Shown in pieces: positions 49,530 through 59,526 of a stretch of 64,000 nucleotides of DNA. Position 1 is the first letter of the stretch. Every line of letters begins with the position of its first letter. The translations under genes and the position numbers were made by a program. The notes under the pieces are model-generated. The model saw nothing but the letters and a program-made list of their open reading frames with translations. It was not told where the DNA came from and made no database searches. The stretch lies in NCBI GenBank assembly GCA_016839815.1, contig JAEOTM010000041.1, positions 1 through 64,000 of the forward strand. Direction: 5' to 3'. The stretch comes from Candidatus Hodarchaeota archaeon (lineage in GTDB: Archaea; Asgardarchaeota; Heimdallarchaeia; Hodarchaeales; Hodarchaeaceae).

Positions 49530-49570
49530 TCTGGAATACAACCAATCTCAAATCCAAAAATCAAAACAGG

Positions 49571-50833
49571 ATGAATAAAATGAGTCTAGGAATCATAAAT
49601 GCTCGTACAAGGGAAGGAAATTTAGTTAATATTGCAATTCAGGAAGGATTAGTTACAGATATCGTTAATATCGATGAAAAATCTTTTTCCGAGAATGATT
49701 TTGATCAAATAATCGATGCAAAGGATTCTCTAGTAACAGAAAGCTTTATTTCACCTCATATCCATCTAGATAAAGTACTTATCGGAGATATTATTGAACC
49801 AAATCAATCTGGTACCTTGTGGGAAGCTATCCAAAAAACGTGGGAAGTTAAGAGAAATTATACAGTAGAAAACATTAAACAACGAGCTACAGATGTAATT
49901 AATAATCAAATTAAATTTGGAGTAACTAAAATTCGTACCCATGTGGATGTTGATTCAATTGGTAGTCTTATGCCATTAAAAGGATTATTGGCGACCAAGG
50001 ACGAATTTAAAAATGTTATTGATCTGCAAATCGTCGCGTTCCCTCAAGAAGGTATATTAAAAGATGAAGGAACCGAAGAATTATTGGAAAAGGCGCTCGA
50101 AACGGGAGGAAAAGACATGATTCTGGGAGGTATGCCTCATAATGAATTCAATGGTAAGAATTCCAAAAAACATGTCAATATTTTATTATCTATGGCTAAA
50201 AAGTATAACGTTCCCATAGACAGTCATACAGATGAAACAGATGACCCTACTTCCCGTACTCTTCAATATCTAGCTTCAAGAGCAATCGAGGAAAAGTTTG
50301 AGAAAAGCATAACGGTTGATCATATTTGTGCATTATCAGCATATGATGATTATCATGCAGCTCGAGTGATTGATCTGGTTAAAAGGGCAGGAATTAATGT
50401 TGTCACGAATCCTCCCACGAATATGGTACTTCAAGGACGATTAGATACAGGTGCGCAAAGGGTTGGGATTACTAGAGTAAAGGAACTATTAGCTGCAGGC
50501 GTAAATGTGACTATAGGCCAAGATTGTGTTCATGATCCATATTATCCTTTTGGTAAAGGGGATATGTTAGAAGTTGCTAATTTACTGGGTCATGCCGCCA
50601 AAATGACCACATTTTCTGATATCAATACTCTTTATGACACCATAACAAAGAATGCAGCGCAAACCATGGATATTGATCACCAATTCAAGAAAGGAAAACC
50701 TGCAGATATGGTGATCCTATACGGTGTCAAGAATGTCCATGAGGCAATTCGAACAACACCACCAGCTAGAACCACAATCAGGAATGGTAAAATTATATCT
50801 CAAACAGAATACGATTATCATCGCTTTTATTAA
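49571..50833 (+). CDS. Cytosine deaminase CodA-like amidohydrolase
   Basis: PHIHLDK, SGTLWEAI, RTHVDV, VAFPQEG, HTDETDD, GQDCVHDPYYPFG. Confidence 0.88.
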   Translation: MNKMSLGIINARTREGNLVNIAIQEGLVTDIVNIDEKSFSENDFDQIIDAKDSLVTESFISPHIHLDKVLIGDIIEPNQSGTLWEAIQKTWEVKRNYTVENIKQRATDVINNQIKFGVTKIRTHVDVDSIGSLMPLKGLLATKDEFKNVIDLQIVAFPQEGILKDEGTEELLEKALETGGKDMILGGMPHNEFNGKNSKKHVNILLSMAKKYNVPIDSHTDETDDPTSRTLQYLASRAIEEKFEKSITVDHICALSAYDDYHAARVIDLVKRAGINVVTNPPTNMVLQGRLDTGAQRVGITRVKELLAAGVNVTIGQDCVHDPYYPFGKGDMLEVANLLGHAAKMTTFSDINTLYDTITKNAAQTMDIDHQFKKGKPADMVILYGVKNVHEAIRTTPPARTTIRNGKIISQTEYDYHRFY

Positions 50834-50843
50834 TTTCAGAGTT

Positions 50844-51335
50844 TTATAAAGTTAAAATAAACAAAACTAGCCATCCAAAATAAATAAAAAGTTCTAGAAG
50901 TATCGCAATTTGTGAATGGGTATAATTTGGAAGTCGTTTAAACAAAACACTACGAATTTTATCTGCAATTGGATGTAAATAATACTTTCTACCCCATTCA
51001 GGTTGGGATGTTCGTCTTGCGTAATTTCTCAGAAAATACCAGTCCCAGATGTCTACAAAGTTGGCCGCAAGCATCCCAATCCAGTAGTCTTGGAAATAAA
51101 TTACTATGAGTAGAAAACCAAATGCAAAGACGAATATATGCCAGGATAACCAAAATCTTCCTGTTTGTCGAGAAGTAGGATGATAGGTGATCTTTGCAAA
51201 AGCATCAATAAAAAAGTGAGAGATGACACAGAAAGTAATTATTAAACAAAGATTCAACCATAATGGGAGAGGGATAAACACCATCACTAGATATTGAATG
51301 AAAATACCAGCTAAGACATGTGTAGGTAATTGCAT
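50844..51335 (-). CDS. Integral membrane protein with putative metal-binding His/Asp residues
   Basis: THVLAG, SHFFID, YHP, DIWDW, YLH; about 4 TM. Confidence 0.65.
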   Translation of the reverse strand: MQLPTHVLAGIFIQYLVMVFIPLPLWLNLCLIITFCVISHFFIDAFAKITYHPTSRQTGRFWLSWHIFVFAFGFLLIVIYFQDYWIGMLAANFVDIWDWYFLRNYARRTSQPEWGRKYYLHPIADKIRSVLFKRLPNYTHSQIAILLELFIYFGWLVLFILTL

Positions 51336-51465
51336 CTTCTTGATACTCTGTGAATGGTGCTTCGGTATGAATTGGAGATATTTCACGTATGTTATGATGA
51401 TTTTGGATCGACTAGCAATAAACAGAAATTCCTTAAACTACTGACTCTTAATATTTAATGAATGA

Positions 51466-51924
51466 ATGATGGAATTTAAGATTGATTTTCTATTTGAAGA
51501 CGCGGAAGAAGAAATTAAATCCTTTTTTAAACGAGAATGGCTTTCAGCGAACATACTACACTTCGGTAGGGATATTTCTGAAGAAATCAATAAACCTCTA
51601 ACAGTTGTAGTGCGTAGTGACTCTTCTCCTCCACAACTAGTAGCAGCTGCACGATGCATCATAATGGGGAATACCCTTCGTGTCTCACAGCTACTTGTCA
51701 AGGAAGATTTACGGAAATCACATGGTGTAGGGAGTTTTATACTAAAACAACTTGAAGAACTCGCCAGACACAAGAAATGGCACAAGATTCGTCTTAGCAC
51801 TAGTAAAAAGCACCAAAATATTGAATTTTATAAAAAAAATGGGTATACTGTCGAAGCTAAACTTGAAAATGATGCATTTCAAACCACCTGGTATATCCTA
51901 TCGAAATTTATAGTGAAAGAGTGA
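51466..51924 (+). CDS. GNAT-family acetyltransferase
   Basis: LLVKEDLRKSHGVGSFIL, NIEFYKKNGY. Confidence 0.88.
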   Translation: MMEFKIDFLFEDAEEEIKSFFKREWLSANILHFGRDISEEINKPLTVVVRSDSSPPQLVAAARCIIMGNTLRVSQLLVKEDLRKSHGVGSFILKQLEELARHKKWHKIRLSTSKKHQNIEFYKKNGYTVEAKLENDAFQTTWYILSKFIVKE

Positions 51925-51942
51925 ACTAAACGTTTTCTTAGA

Positions 51943-52500
51943 TCACAAGCGTCTTCGTACTATTGAAAAAATTGCCCCTCCAAACCAAAATAAGACTGTA
52001 GCAATAATCAGGGAAAATTTTATTGTGGCACAAATTGAAGCCACAAATGGGGCGAATTGTGGGTAATTTGAAGGAGAAGTAAGGATAAATAATAAATTGA
52101 CATTTTCTATAGCATCAAACAAGGCTGCTAAAAATGGAATCAAGGTAAAATAGTATCCGATGTTTGTCAGCGATGTAAACACACCTGATTTTGTCAGTAA
52201 TATAGTTACTCCTGCTAGGGCAAGGGAATAAAATATGAGAAATCCAAAATCAAGTAACACCGCATTCACTTCCTTGGTTATTAATTCATCTTCCCAAGAG
52301 GACAATATTCCTTCCATCCGTTCAACATTCCACGCAAATTCTAGATCTATTACTCCATATGCGGTCTGTGAAGTTAATTCCATTTCGATAGGTCTCATTA
52401 AAAAATAGAAAATTACAGTGAAGACTAACGAAAGTAGAGTTACTAAAAATAATATTCTGGTCTCAGAGTATTCTTTTAATTTGTCTATTAAGGAAATCAT
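51943..52500 (-). CDS. Integral membrane protein (4 TM)
   Basis: LEFAW, LDFGFLIFY, AALFDAIEN, IKF; ATGA overlap with the upstream kinase. Confidence 0.7.
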   Translation of the reverse strand: MISLIDKLKEYSETRILFLVTLLSLVFTVIFYFLMRPIEMELTSQTAYGVIDLEFAWNVERMEGILSSWEDELITKEVNAVLLDFGFLIFYSLALAGVTILLTKSGVFTSLTNIGYYFTLIPFLAALFDAIENVNLLFILTSPSNYPQFAPFVASICATIKFSLIIATVLFWFGGAIFSIVRRRL

Positions 52501-53093
52501 GACTTTTTACCCTCTCTTTTCAAAAAATGATCCATTAGAAATTCTCCAAGAATTTCAGCCGTCCTGGCCAAGTCGCCAGTATTTTCTATTATTTTATCTG
52601 GTGTAGGCATTTCAACCTTACTTTTCATTCTCTTTAATCGAATTTGTAATCCTGAATCATCTTCTCTCCCTCTTCTTTTAATTCGTGATTCTGCGACCTC
52701 TTTCGGGACAGTCACCAGAATAATTCTACATTCAGGAAATACTTCACGAGCCTTAAACAGCATACTTCTGGAAACGTTGATTAGTAATAGCTTATTTAGA
52801 GAGATTGCCTCCTTAATAGGAGCCCAACCGCATCCATACCAATTGTCGTAAATGTTCCATGACAGGGCATACTCATTATTAGCTTTTTGTTGTAGAAACT
52901 CGTCAGATGTCATAAAAGTTGATTCTTCATTCTTATCTGAAGGTCTAGTTATAACCCGCTTCAATGTTGCAGCTGGTATATTCTGTGAATGTAAGAATGA
53001 GACTGTTTCTCTCATCACACTATCTTTTCCGCTCCCAGAGGTACCAACGACAAATACTAACAAATCAGAATTAGCTATGGCCAAAGAAATCAT
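52497..53093 (-). CDS. PhnN-like ribose-1,5-bisphosphate kinase / guanylate kinase family
   Basis: VVGTSGSGKDS, RVITRP, YALSW…WYG, INVSR, RIKRRGRED, IENTG. Confidence 0.8.
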   Translation of the reverse strand: MISLAIANSDLLVFVVGTSGSGKDSVMRETVSFLHSQNIPAATLKRVITRPSDKNEESTFMTSDEFLQQKANNEYALSWNIYDNWYGCGWAPIKEAISLNKLLLINVSRSMLFKAREVFPECRIILVTVPKEVAESRIKRRGREDDSGLQIRLKRMKSKVEMPTPDKIIENTGDLARTAEILGEFLMDHFLKREGKKS

Positions 53094-53170
53094 TCATCCT
53101 TCGCTAGAGATGTAATATTTGTTATTAGAAAGAGCTTAAAAAATCAACAGGTGAGGTGAAACTGATTACA

Positions 53171-53725
53171 ATGCCGACTCTGCTGTTTAAGATCATACTC
53201 CTAGGAGATGGAGCTGTCGGAAAAACTTCAATACGACGTCGGTACATGGGCGAAGGGTTCAAAACTGATTTCCTAGCAACTATGGGTGCTGATTTTGCGT
53301 TTTTGAAGACTAAAATTGACTCAGTTAATGTAGAGTGGCAAATTTGGGATTTAGCGGGACAACCAGCCTTTAGAAACGTTATGAAGTCATATTACAAAGG
53401 TGCAATGGGTGCTCTTGCAGTCTATGATATTACTCAACCTAAATCATTGGAATCCCTAGATACTTGGGTTAAAGAAGTACGGGAACGAGCAGGGACCTAT
53501 AATGATTTACCCATTGTTCTTGTGGGCAACAAGATTGATCTTCGAGATGAAGTACCTTCCAGCTTAAAAACGATTCAAGGATTCGTGAAAGCTAAATCAT
53601 TAAATGCTGGCTTTGTAGAAACGTCTGCAAAAACTGGAGAGGCGATTGAAGAAGCATTTACAACTTTAGCTCGTGATATTATGTCAAAAACGAAATTTAA
53701 GAATAAAAAAAAAGGAGCGGAATAA
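53171..53725 (+). CDS. Rab/Ras-like small GTPase
   Basis: G1 GDGAVGKT, G2 ATMGADF, G3 WDLAGQ, YYKGA, G4 GNKID, G5 ETSAK; basic C-terminal tail. Confidence 0.95.
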   Translation: MPTLLFKIILLGDGAVGKTSIRRRYMGEGFKTDFLATMGADFAFLKTKIDSVNVEWQIWDLAGQPAFRNVMKSYYKGAMGALAVYDITQPKSLESLDTWVKEVRERAGTYNDLPIVLVGNKIDLRDEVPSSLKTIQGFVKAKSLNAGFVETSAKTGEAIEEAFTTLARDIMSKTKFKNKKKGAE

Positions 53726-53743
53726 TTCCGCATTAATTCTCAT

Positions 53744-54364
53744 TCAGGGAGGGTTAACAATATGCCAAATTCCTGCTGGTTCACCTAGAACTAGCATTAG
53801 TAGACCTTGAATCAACAGAAGGGTACTAAATATAATTACAATGGGACTCCAGCTAATAATCTGGAGAATTCGATCTACAGTAAACTCAGTAAAGAAACTA
53901 GCCACAAATACTATACCAACGATGACAACAATTCCTAAAATCAAGAGCCACATTGGGACTGAAAATCCGAAGAGATCGATATTAGTAAAGTCTCCTGGTT
54001 CTTCTAAGTCAGCAAATAGCAACAGAAGTCCAGCTAGTGCTCCTAAGGTAATCATAGATATCATTGCAGCCAATGGTGTTTCCTTTAGTGGATCAGCTAA
54101 CATCGACATTCCAGCTAAGAAAATGAGAACTACGGTTAGCCAATGGACAACAACATCAGGGTCAACAGTATCGACATAACCCTCAAATATCGCAATTATG
54201 TTCACAATTCCAATAACAATTGACGTAGCCAATGCCAAATATTTCAAAAACCCAGATTCGTGTCGTTTTGACTTCGTAAACTTATTTACGCCGTATGCAA
54301 CACCAATTAACCCCGCTACCAACGCAATTATCCCTAAAAAGGGATCTACTATAAATTCTAACAT
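53744..54364 (-). CDS. Integral membrane protein (about 6 TM)
   Basis: Highly hydrophobic 206-aa ORF. Confidence 0.75.
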   Translation of the reverse strand: MLEFIVDPFLGIIALVAGLIGVAYGVNKFTKSKRHESGFLKYLALATSIVIGIVNIIAIFEGYVDTVDPDVVVHWLTVVLIFLAGMSMLADPLKETPLAAMISMITLGALAGLLLLFADLEEPGDFTNIDLFGFSVPMWLLILGIVVIVGIVFVASFFTEFTVDRILQIISWSPIVIIFSTLLLIQGLLMLVLGEPAGIWHIVNPP

Positions 54365-54397
54365 GTTTAAAACCTTTGAAGAGTTATTTCATGACTT

Positions 54398-54420
54398 AGT
54401 TTGATTACATGAATCAAACT
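54398..54420. promoter_or_regulatory. Perfect 9-bp inverted repeat (operator or hairpin)
   Basis: AGTTTGATT-ACATG-AATCAAACT in an 83-bp intergenic gap. Confidence 0.45.
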
Positions 54421-54447
54421 TTTAACCTTTTTGAGGAATAATAGAGG

Positions 54448-55098
54448 TTAATAACTTTCGGAGATAACTTTTCTAATCACTTCAGACTGAATATCCATAA
54501 ATTGCCTTTTATCATAAGAAATCAGGTCTGAAATATCAAAAATGGACGCTATTGATTTTAATTTAATTACATTTTGAATTAATGAGAGCTTAGGTTCAGC
54601 TGCCTCACTTAGTCGCTTAATCCCGTCATTTAATTTCTCTTCTTGATCTTCGTATTCTTGAGTTGCAAGAAGACTTATGCATTGGTGATAGTATAAAGCA
54701 GATAATTCTTTTAATAGTGTTTGATAATGAGAATAGTCAAGCACTTCCAAAATAGATGAAATCGTCGCTATAAAAAGAATTGTTTCAGTGGCTAACCCCT
54801 CCTCGATAAAACTACCAATTTTTTCATTAAACCTTGTTGTAAGCTTGTCTAAGGGATTTATTGATAATTTCTTCCCTGTTCTCAATAGAACTGATACATA
54901 ATGGGAAGGATCCGTCCCATAAAGGTCTTTACCCTGATCAAATAGAAAGTCTGCAAAATGCTGTAAGATTCGGTTTGATCCTTCTATCTCAAACTGAAGC
55001 GAGTAAGTGCGATCAGTGATGATATTTGGGTCAATAAAGAATTGCTGACGAACTAGTTGATCAACCAGTTCACGAAATGATAAAGTCTGGACAGTCAC
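54448..55098 (-). CDS. Hypothetical mostly helical protein
   Basis: 216-aa GTG ORF with typical composition; GGGTGA SD-like sequence upstream. Confidence 0.7.
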   Translation of the reverse strand: MTVQTLSFRELVDQLVRQQFFIDPNIITDRTYSLQFEIEGSNRILQHFADFLFDQGKDLYGTDPSHYVSVLLRTGKKLSINPLDKLTTRFNEKIGSFIEEGLATETILFIATISSILEVLDYSHYQTLLKELSALYYHQCISLLATQEYEDQEEKLNDGIKRLSEAAEPKLSLIQNVIKLKSIASIFDISDLISYDKRQFMDIQSEVIRKVISESY

Positions 55099-55145
55099 GA
55101 GTAGAATTCACCCTTACTTGGCATGATTCTCTCTGAGATGACTGT

Positions 55146-57548
55146 TTAATTATCTTTCGTATTTTCATTAAGTCGATTAGATACGTTTTTGTTAATGAAA
55201 TGTAAAATAATCCTTAACTCCTTTTCATTAATCCCCAGCATCTGAGCATAAAATCTATCAATCATTCCACGTAATTCATTCTCTGAAGTGATTGAAGTTC
55301 TAGATTTCTCGTTTCTTAATTTCTGGAATATGGACAGTAATGTCTGCTCCTGATGTGGGGTCAGTTTGGTTGGAAGATTTAATGATTTTAACCAATATAC
55401 ATTGGTATCCAGTACTCCATACCCCATATTCGTATTGCCTTCCATTTCCATTTGAGCCCAAACAAAGCTACTATTCAAATATGTCAGAATCAACGGAATT
55501 TTATTGGAATCATATACTTTTATTCCATAAAAACGTTGATCTGGAAAACACCCTGCACTATTAACCAAACATCCAGGTCTATCATGATAACTCTTGGTCC
55601 ATAAAAGGTCTGGTAATGTATATGGTGGTAATGCATACCACGGATTCCTTTGTCGCAAACTTGTAATTAAATGATAACCTTTCACCGTTTGACCAATTAA
55701 TTTTCCTTGTTTTATCGACACTAATTGGTTTTCCCCCCAAAGAATATATTCCAGAGCGTTTTTTCCCTTCAGCTGATCCTGTGATTGTTGACAATTAAAT
55801 AACCACATTTTTGGTTTGAAACTGTCTGGAATTTCAAAACCTCCACATTCTTGAGGGCTCTTTATGATAGGAGTAAGAAATTCTGTTTCAAGTTTTCCAC
55901 GATAACCCTGTTTATTTGTGATCTTGGCTATTCTTTCACTTGTATTTATTGAATTTACTAGAACATGGAAGAAATCATTGGCACCAGTCTTAATGCCAAA
56001 CTGAATGTGTGCTAAAGTTGAAAGAGGGGTACCTTGAAATTTAATTTTGTCTAATATGCTTCTTTCCGCTTTTGAAGCTCGCAAAAAGTTACCAGCCCAC
56101 TTATGAGTAGTTTTCAATTCTTCTATAGGAACAGCTTCCGTACGATAGTCATCAGATGAGATCTCCTCATGAAACATTAATCCTTTTTTTAAAGATGAAA
56201 TCGAAATATTATGCATCTCTTTGAATGTCTCCGTGAAGAACACTTGACCTTCTGATACCCCTTTTTTATCGGTTTTTGATGCTAGAAAGATAACAGAATT
56301 AATCCCTATATCCTTCCATAATCTCGAACCTGATTGATGTATGATTTCACAGAAAGCTAACTTTTTTCTCTCCAATAATGATACTAAATGGTCTTGCAGA
56401 GTTTTACCATATTTAACCTCAAGCCATGCATTCGACGTTAGGAAGGTTAAAATTCCATTAGAACTCAAGAGATTTATGCTTTTCAGGCAAAAATAAATAA
56501 GGTAATCACTTTTACGATCTAATGTAATTTCATGTTTTAAAATTGGTGAAATTAAGTTATAAAGCTTCTTTTTATAATCTGAAGGACTATCCATTCCAAT
56601 ATCTTCATGACGAACATAAGGTGGATTTCCAATTATGATATCAAATCGTTTCACGATTTTTTCCAGTAAAAAATCTCCACAAACTAACGAAGTTTCTATT
56701 TTTATAGGACAAGAACCGTATTGCTTCACGAAGAATTGCTCTACTAAAAGTAAACGTAGTTCGGTAACCAATAAGGCGATTGGATCAAGATCCATACCAG
56801 AGAGGGAGATATGGATTTTTTGTTCATTCTTAGGCCCTAAATGTGCGATTTTGTCTCCAATTTTCGCTATTTGTTTAGCTATATGAACTAAAAATGTACC
56901 AGTCCCACAACTCGGGTCGAGGACAGAGATTTTAAATGGATATTTGGAAAATAATGATAAATTTTCCTTTCGGGTTGTTTTTGATTCAATCCAGTCTAAC
57001 AACTCCTCATTAGACAAGTCATGTATGCTATTTTGTAAGAAATGATAACTTACCAGAAAAGAAATTAGCTCAGCATCTTCTGGGAGTGTATAATACGTCC
57101 CTCGTTTCTTTTTTGACAAAGTAGAGAGAGATAGATTCTCAACTACAAATGACAAGAGGGAAGATCCCAGATTAAGATCGATTGGAAATTTATTATAGAT
57201 GATGAGTAGGAAATCAATTTTAATCTTAGCTTCATTAATATGAGTAACTGGACGAATGCTCTTAATAATTCGCTTCGTGACATCATTAGTTTTATCATCC
57301 TCTTGTAACGATCTTTGAAGATCTTCAAGCAAATCTATTGCATAAATTTCATCTTTAGATTTCTTAATTCGCTCTAAAATTAGTGGATCTTGGGAGTTCA
57401 CTTCGCTTAAAGATACTAAGCAAATGATGTATGCGATTATCTTTTCCAGAGAAGGTTTGGTATGTGTACTACCGCCTGATAACAGCTGTAGACTAAAATC
57501 AAGAAAAATGTTTTCTACATCGCTCAAAAGATTTTCTTCGGGTATCAA
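55146..57548 (-). CDS. N6-adenine DNA methyltransferase (gamma class, Eco57I/TaqI-like) with target-recognition region
   Basis: GTYYT, motif I LDPSCGTGTFL, GMDLD, GDFL, motif IV IIGNPPYVR, SNAWLEVKYG, GIKTGANDFF, LNSS. Confidence 0.88.
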   Translation of the reverse strand: MIPEENLLSDVENIFLDFSLQLLSGGSTHTKPSLEKIIAYIICLVSLSEVNSQDPLILERIKKSKDEIYAIDLLEDLQRSLQEDDKTNDVTKRIIKSIRPVTHINEAKIKIDFLLIIYNKFPIDLNLGSSLLSFVVENLSLSTLSKKKRGTYYTLPEDAELISFLVSYHFLQNSIHDLSNEELLDWIESKTTRKENLSLFSKYPFKISVLDPSCGTGTFLVHIAKQIAKIGDKIAHLGPKNEQKIHISLSGMDLDPIALLVTELRLLLVEQFFVKQYGSCPIKIETSLVCGDFLLEKIVKRFDIIIGNPPYVRHEDIGMDSPSDYKKKLYNLISPILKHEITLDRKSDYLIYFCLKSINLLSSNGILTFLTSNAWLEVKYGKTLQDHLVSLLERKKLAFCEIIHQSGSRLWKDIGINSVIFLASKTDKKGVSEGQVFFTETFKEMHNISISSLKKGLMFHEEISSDDYRTEAVPIEELKTTHKWAGNFLRASKAERSILDKIKFQGTPLSTLAHIQFGIKTGANDFFHVLVNSINTSERIAKITNKQGYRGKLETEFLTPIIKSPQECGGFEIPDSFKPKMWLFNCQQSQDQLKGKNALEYILWGENQLVSIKQGKLIGQTVKGYHLITSLRQRNPWYALPPYTLPDLLWTKSYHDRPGCLVNSAGCFPDQRFYGIKVYDSNKIPLILTYLNSSFVWAQMEMEGNTNMGYGVLDTNVYWLKSLNLPTKLTPHQEQTLLSIFQKLRNEKSRTSITSENELRGMIDRFYAQMLGINEKELRIILHFINKNVSNRLNENTKDN

Positions 57549-57550
57549 TC

Positions 57551-59398
57551 TTAAATTCCAACAAGATTTTCTATTCTCGCGACTTCCTGATCATTGAGAT
57601 CACCATCATGATTGCACTTCCTCATCTCATATAGAAATTTCAAACCCTGTTGAAAATCCTCTATTGATTGGAATGCTTTGGATTCTTCGGCTATTCCTGT
57701 GGGTAATGCTTCATATAAAATCCGATAAGGAAGAGTATCATGGACTCCAGCAGTATTTTGTTGAAGTTTAAACTCACGCATATTGAAGTATCGCGTTATA
57801 CTCCAGATACTTTGTGCTATCTCCCGAATATCTTTTAACCCACCTGTAGCCTCGGTATACAGAGTTTGAACATCTTGAAGGTTCAAAGCGGGAATTATTG
57901 AATGAGTGAAATGACAAATAATCAAGCTATCTTTAATCAATTTTAGATCCTGTTCAGAAACTAATGTTTCTACTATTTCTGGCGACACTAACTCGTCTTT
58001 GGGAAGTTTCATGGATGTTGGCCATCCTCGTAGATGAGAAGCTCCAGCAGCTGCAGTTGCATAACTAAGGCCTAATGCTAGTCGTCCTCTGGGATCCCAT
58101 GCTGCCATCTCCAAACCTTTTACATGAATTGCAAACTTTTCTGATCCTTGGCCAAATAGTTCTGAGACTCGTTTTGTACCTTCAGCGAGGATTTTCCCTA
58201 CTCCTTGTTTGTAAGCAATTTTGGTGATTAACTCTAATAACCCTTGATCATCACCGAATACAATTTGCTCCTCCTGAAACTCAGGGGGGACTAATCCTTT
58301 TTCACTACATTCCATAAAGAAAGCAATTGTGCTACCTGTGCTAATTGAATCAAGTCCATACTTATTTAACAGATAATTTGCTTCTACAACTGTTTCGTAT
58401 TTTACCGCGCAACTAGATCCAATTAGACCCAACGTTTCATACTCTGGTACAGCAGCAATGTGATTTTCTTCATCCTTAAATGAAAAATTATCTCCAAAAA
58501 CATGAGCACACTGGATTACGCACTTATAACATGGTCGTTTTTTGGTAGAGTAGTTCTGAATGGCTTCTTCTCCAAGACTAGAAGCTTCCTCTGCTAAAGT
58601 ACCATATTGGAAATTCCGTACTGGTAATTGATCACGTTCAGACGATATGTTGAATAATGCGGGGGTACCCACTCTATAGATCCAATGATCTACTTCTTTT
58701 CCTTTCGATGCACGCTTGCGAAGATCCATAGCTTTATTCTTCAACTTCTCCAAGTCGAATACTGGAATATCTTTTTTATTTCCTTTAATAGCGATTCCAA
58801 GTAGATTTTTTGATCCAAAAACCGCTCCTATTCCACCTCGTCCGGTATTTCGAAAACTATCACTAGTAATACAAGCAAACTTAACTTTATTTTCTCCAGC
58901 TGGCCCAATAGACATAATTCGAGCTTTGGGTTCATGAATTCTTTTTCGAAACGCCATTTCTTTTTCAAGTGTTGTGAGACCCTTTAGATCTTGAGCATCA
59001 TTAATTTGAATGTCGTCATCTCGAATAGAAATAAAACACGGACTTTTAGCTATTCCTTCAATAATTAACGCATCATATCCAGCAAACTTTAATTCGGGAC
59101 CTACAAATCCACCTGCATGAGAATCTAAAAATAACCCAGTTAAGGGAGATTTTGTTACAATACAATAACGACCACAGATCGGAACGACTGTTCCTTGTAA
59201 AGGACCAGTGGAAACGATAATCTTATTTTCAGAACCTAGTGGATCAATGCCTGGATCAAGTTCTTGAGTTAAAAGAAAAGCTCCTAAACCTTTTCCTCCC
59301 ATAAAGGTTTCTACTATATTTTCTGGCAATTTTTCCTTTTTTATTTGATTTGTAGAAAGATTGATTCGTACAAGTCGATTATGTAACCCATTAGCCAT
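57551..59398 (-). CDS. aor: Tungsten/molybdenum aldehyde:ferredoxin oxidoreductase family
   Basis: GGKGLG, KSPLTG, SIGPAGE, GRGGIGAVFGSKNL, CYKCVIQC, PEYET, GLDSIS, WDPR, GASH, DSLIIC. Confidence 0.93.
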   Translation of the reverse strand: MANGLHNRLVRINLSTNQIKKEKLPENIVETFMGGKGLGAFLLTQELDPGIDPLGSENKIIVSTGPLQGTVVPICGRYCIVTKSPLTGLFLDSHAGGFVGPELKFAGYDALIIEGIAKSPCFISIRDDDIQINDAQDLKGLTTLEKEMAFRKRIHEPKARIMSIGPAGENKVKFACITSDSFRNTGRGGIGAVFGSKNLLGIAIKGNKKDIPVFDLEKLKNKAMDLRKRASKGKEVDHWIYRVGTPALFNISSERDQLPVRNFQYGTLAEEASSLGEEAIQNYSTKKRPCYKCVIQCAHVFGDNFSFKDEENHIAAVPEYETLGLIGSSCAVKYETVVEANYLLNKYGLDSISTGSTIAFFMECSEKGLVPPEFQEEQIVFGDDQGLLELITKIAYKQGVGKILAEGTKRVSELFGQGSEKFAIHVKGLEMAAWDPRGRLALGLSYATAAAGASHLRGWPTSMKLPKDELVSPEIVETLVSEQDLKLIKDSLIICHFTHSIIPALNLQDVQTLYTEATGGLKDIREIAQSIWSITRYFNMREFKLQQNTAGVHDTLPYRILYEALPTGIAEESKAFQSIEDFQQGLKFLYEMRKCNHDGDLNDQEVARIENLVGI

Positions 59399-59504
59399 TT
59401 CTATCAGAACAAGGAATTGTTACGAAATGAATAAAAATCTCACCCAAAAAAGTAGATTCCTACTACTAAAGTAGAAGTATAAAGCACGACAATAATCTAC
59501 TTAC

Positions 59505-59526
59505 GGTGTAAACTTGGTGTAAACTT
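59505..59526 (+). repeat. Exact 11-bp tandem duplication spanning the SD and start codon
   Basis: GGTGTAAACTT at 59505-59515 and 59516-59526. Confidence 0.7.

Noticed and set aside
55146-57548. Defence island or mobile element around the methyltransferase
   Set aside because: No integrase, transposase, terminal repeats or other defence genes; flanks are metabolic
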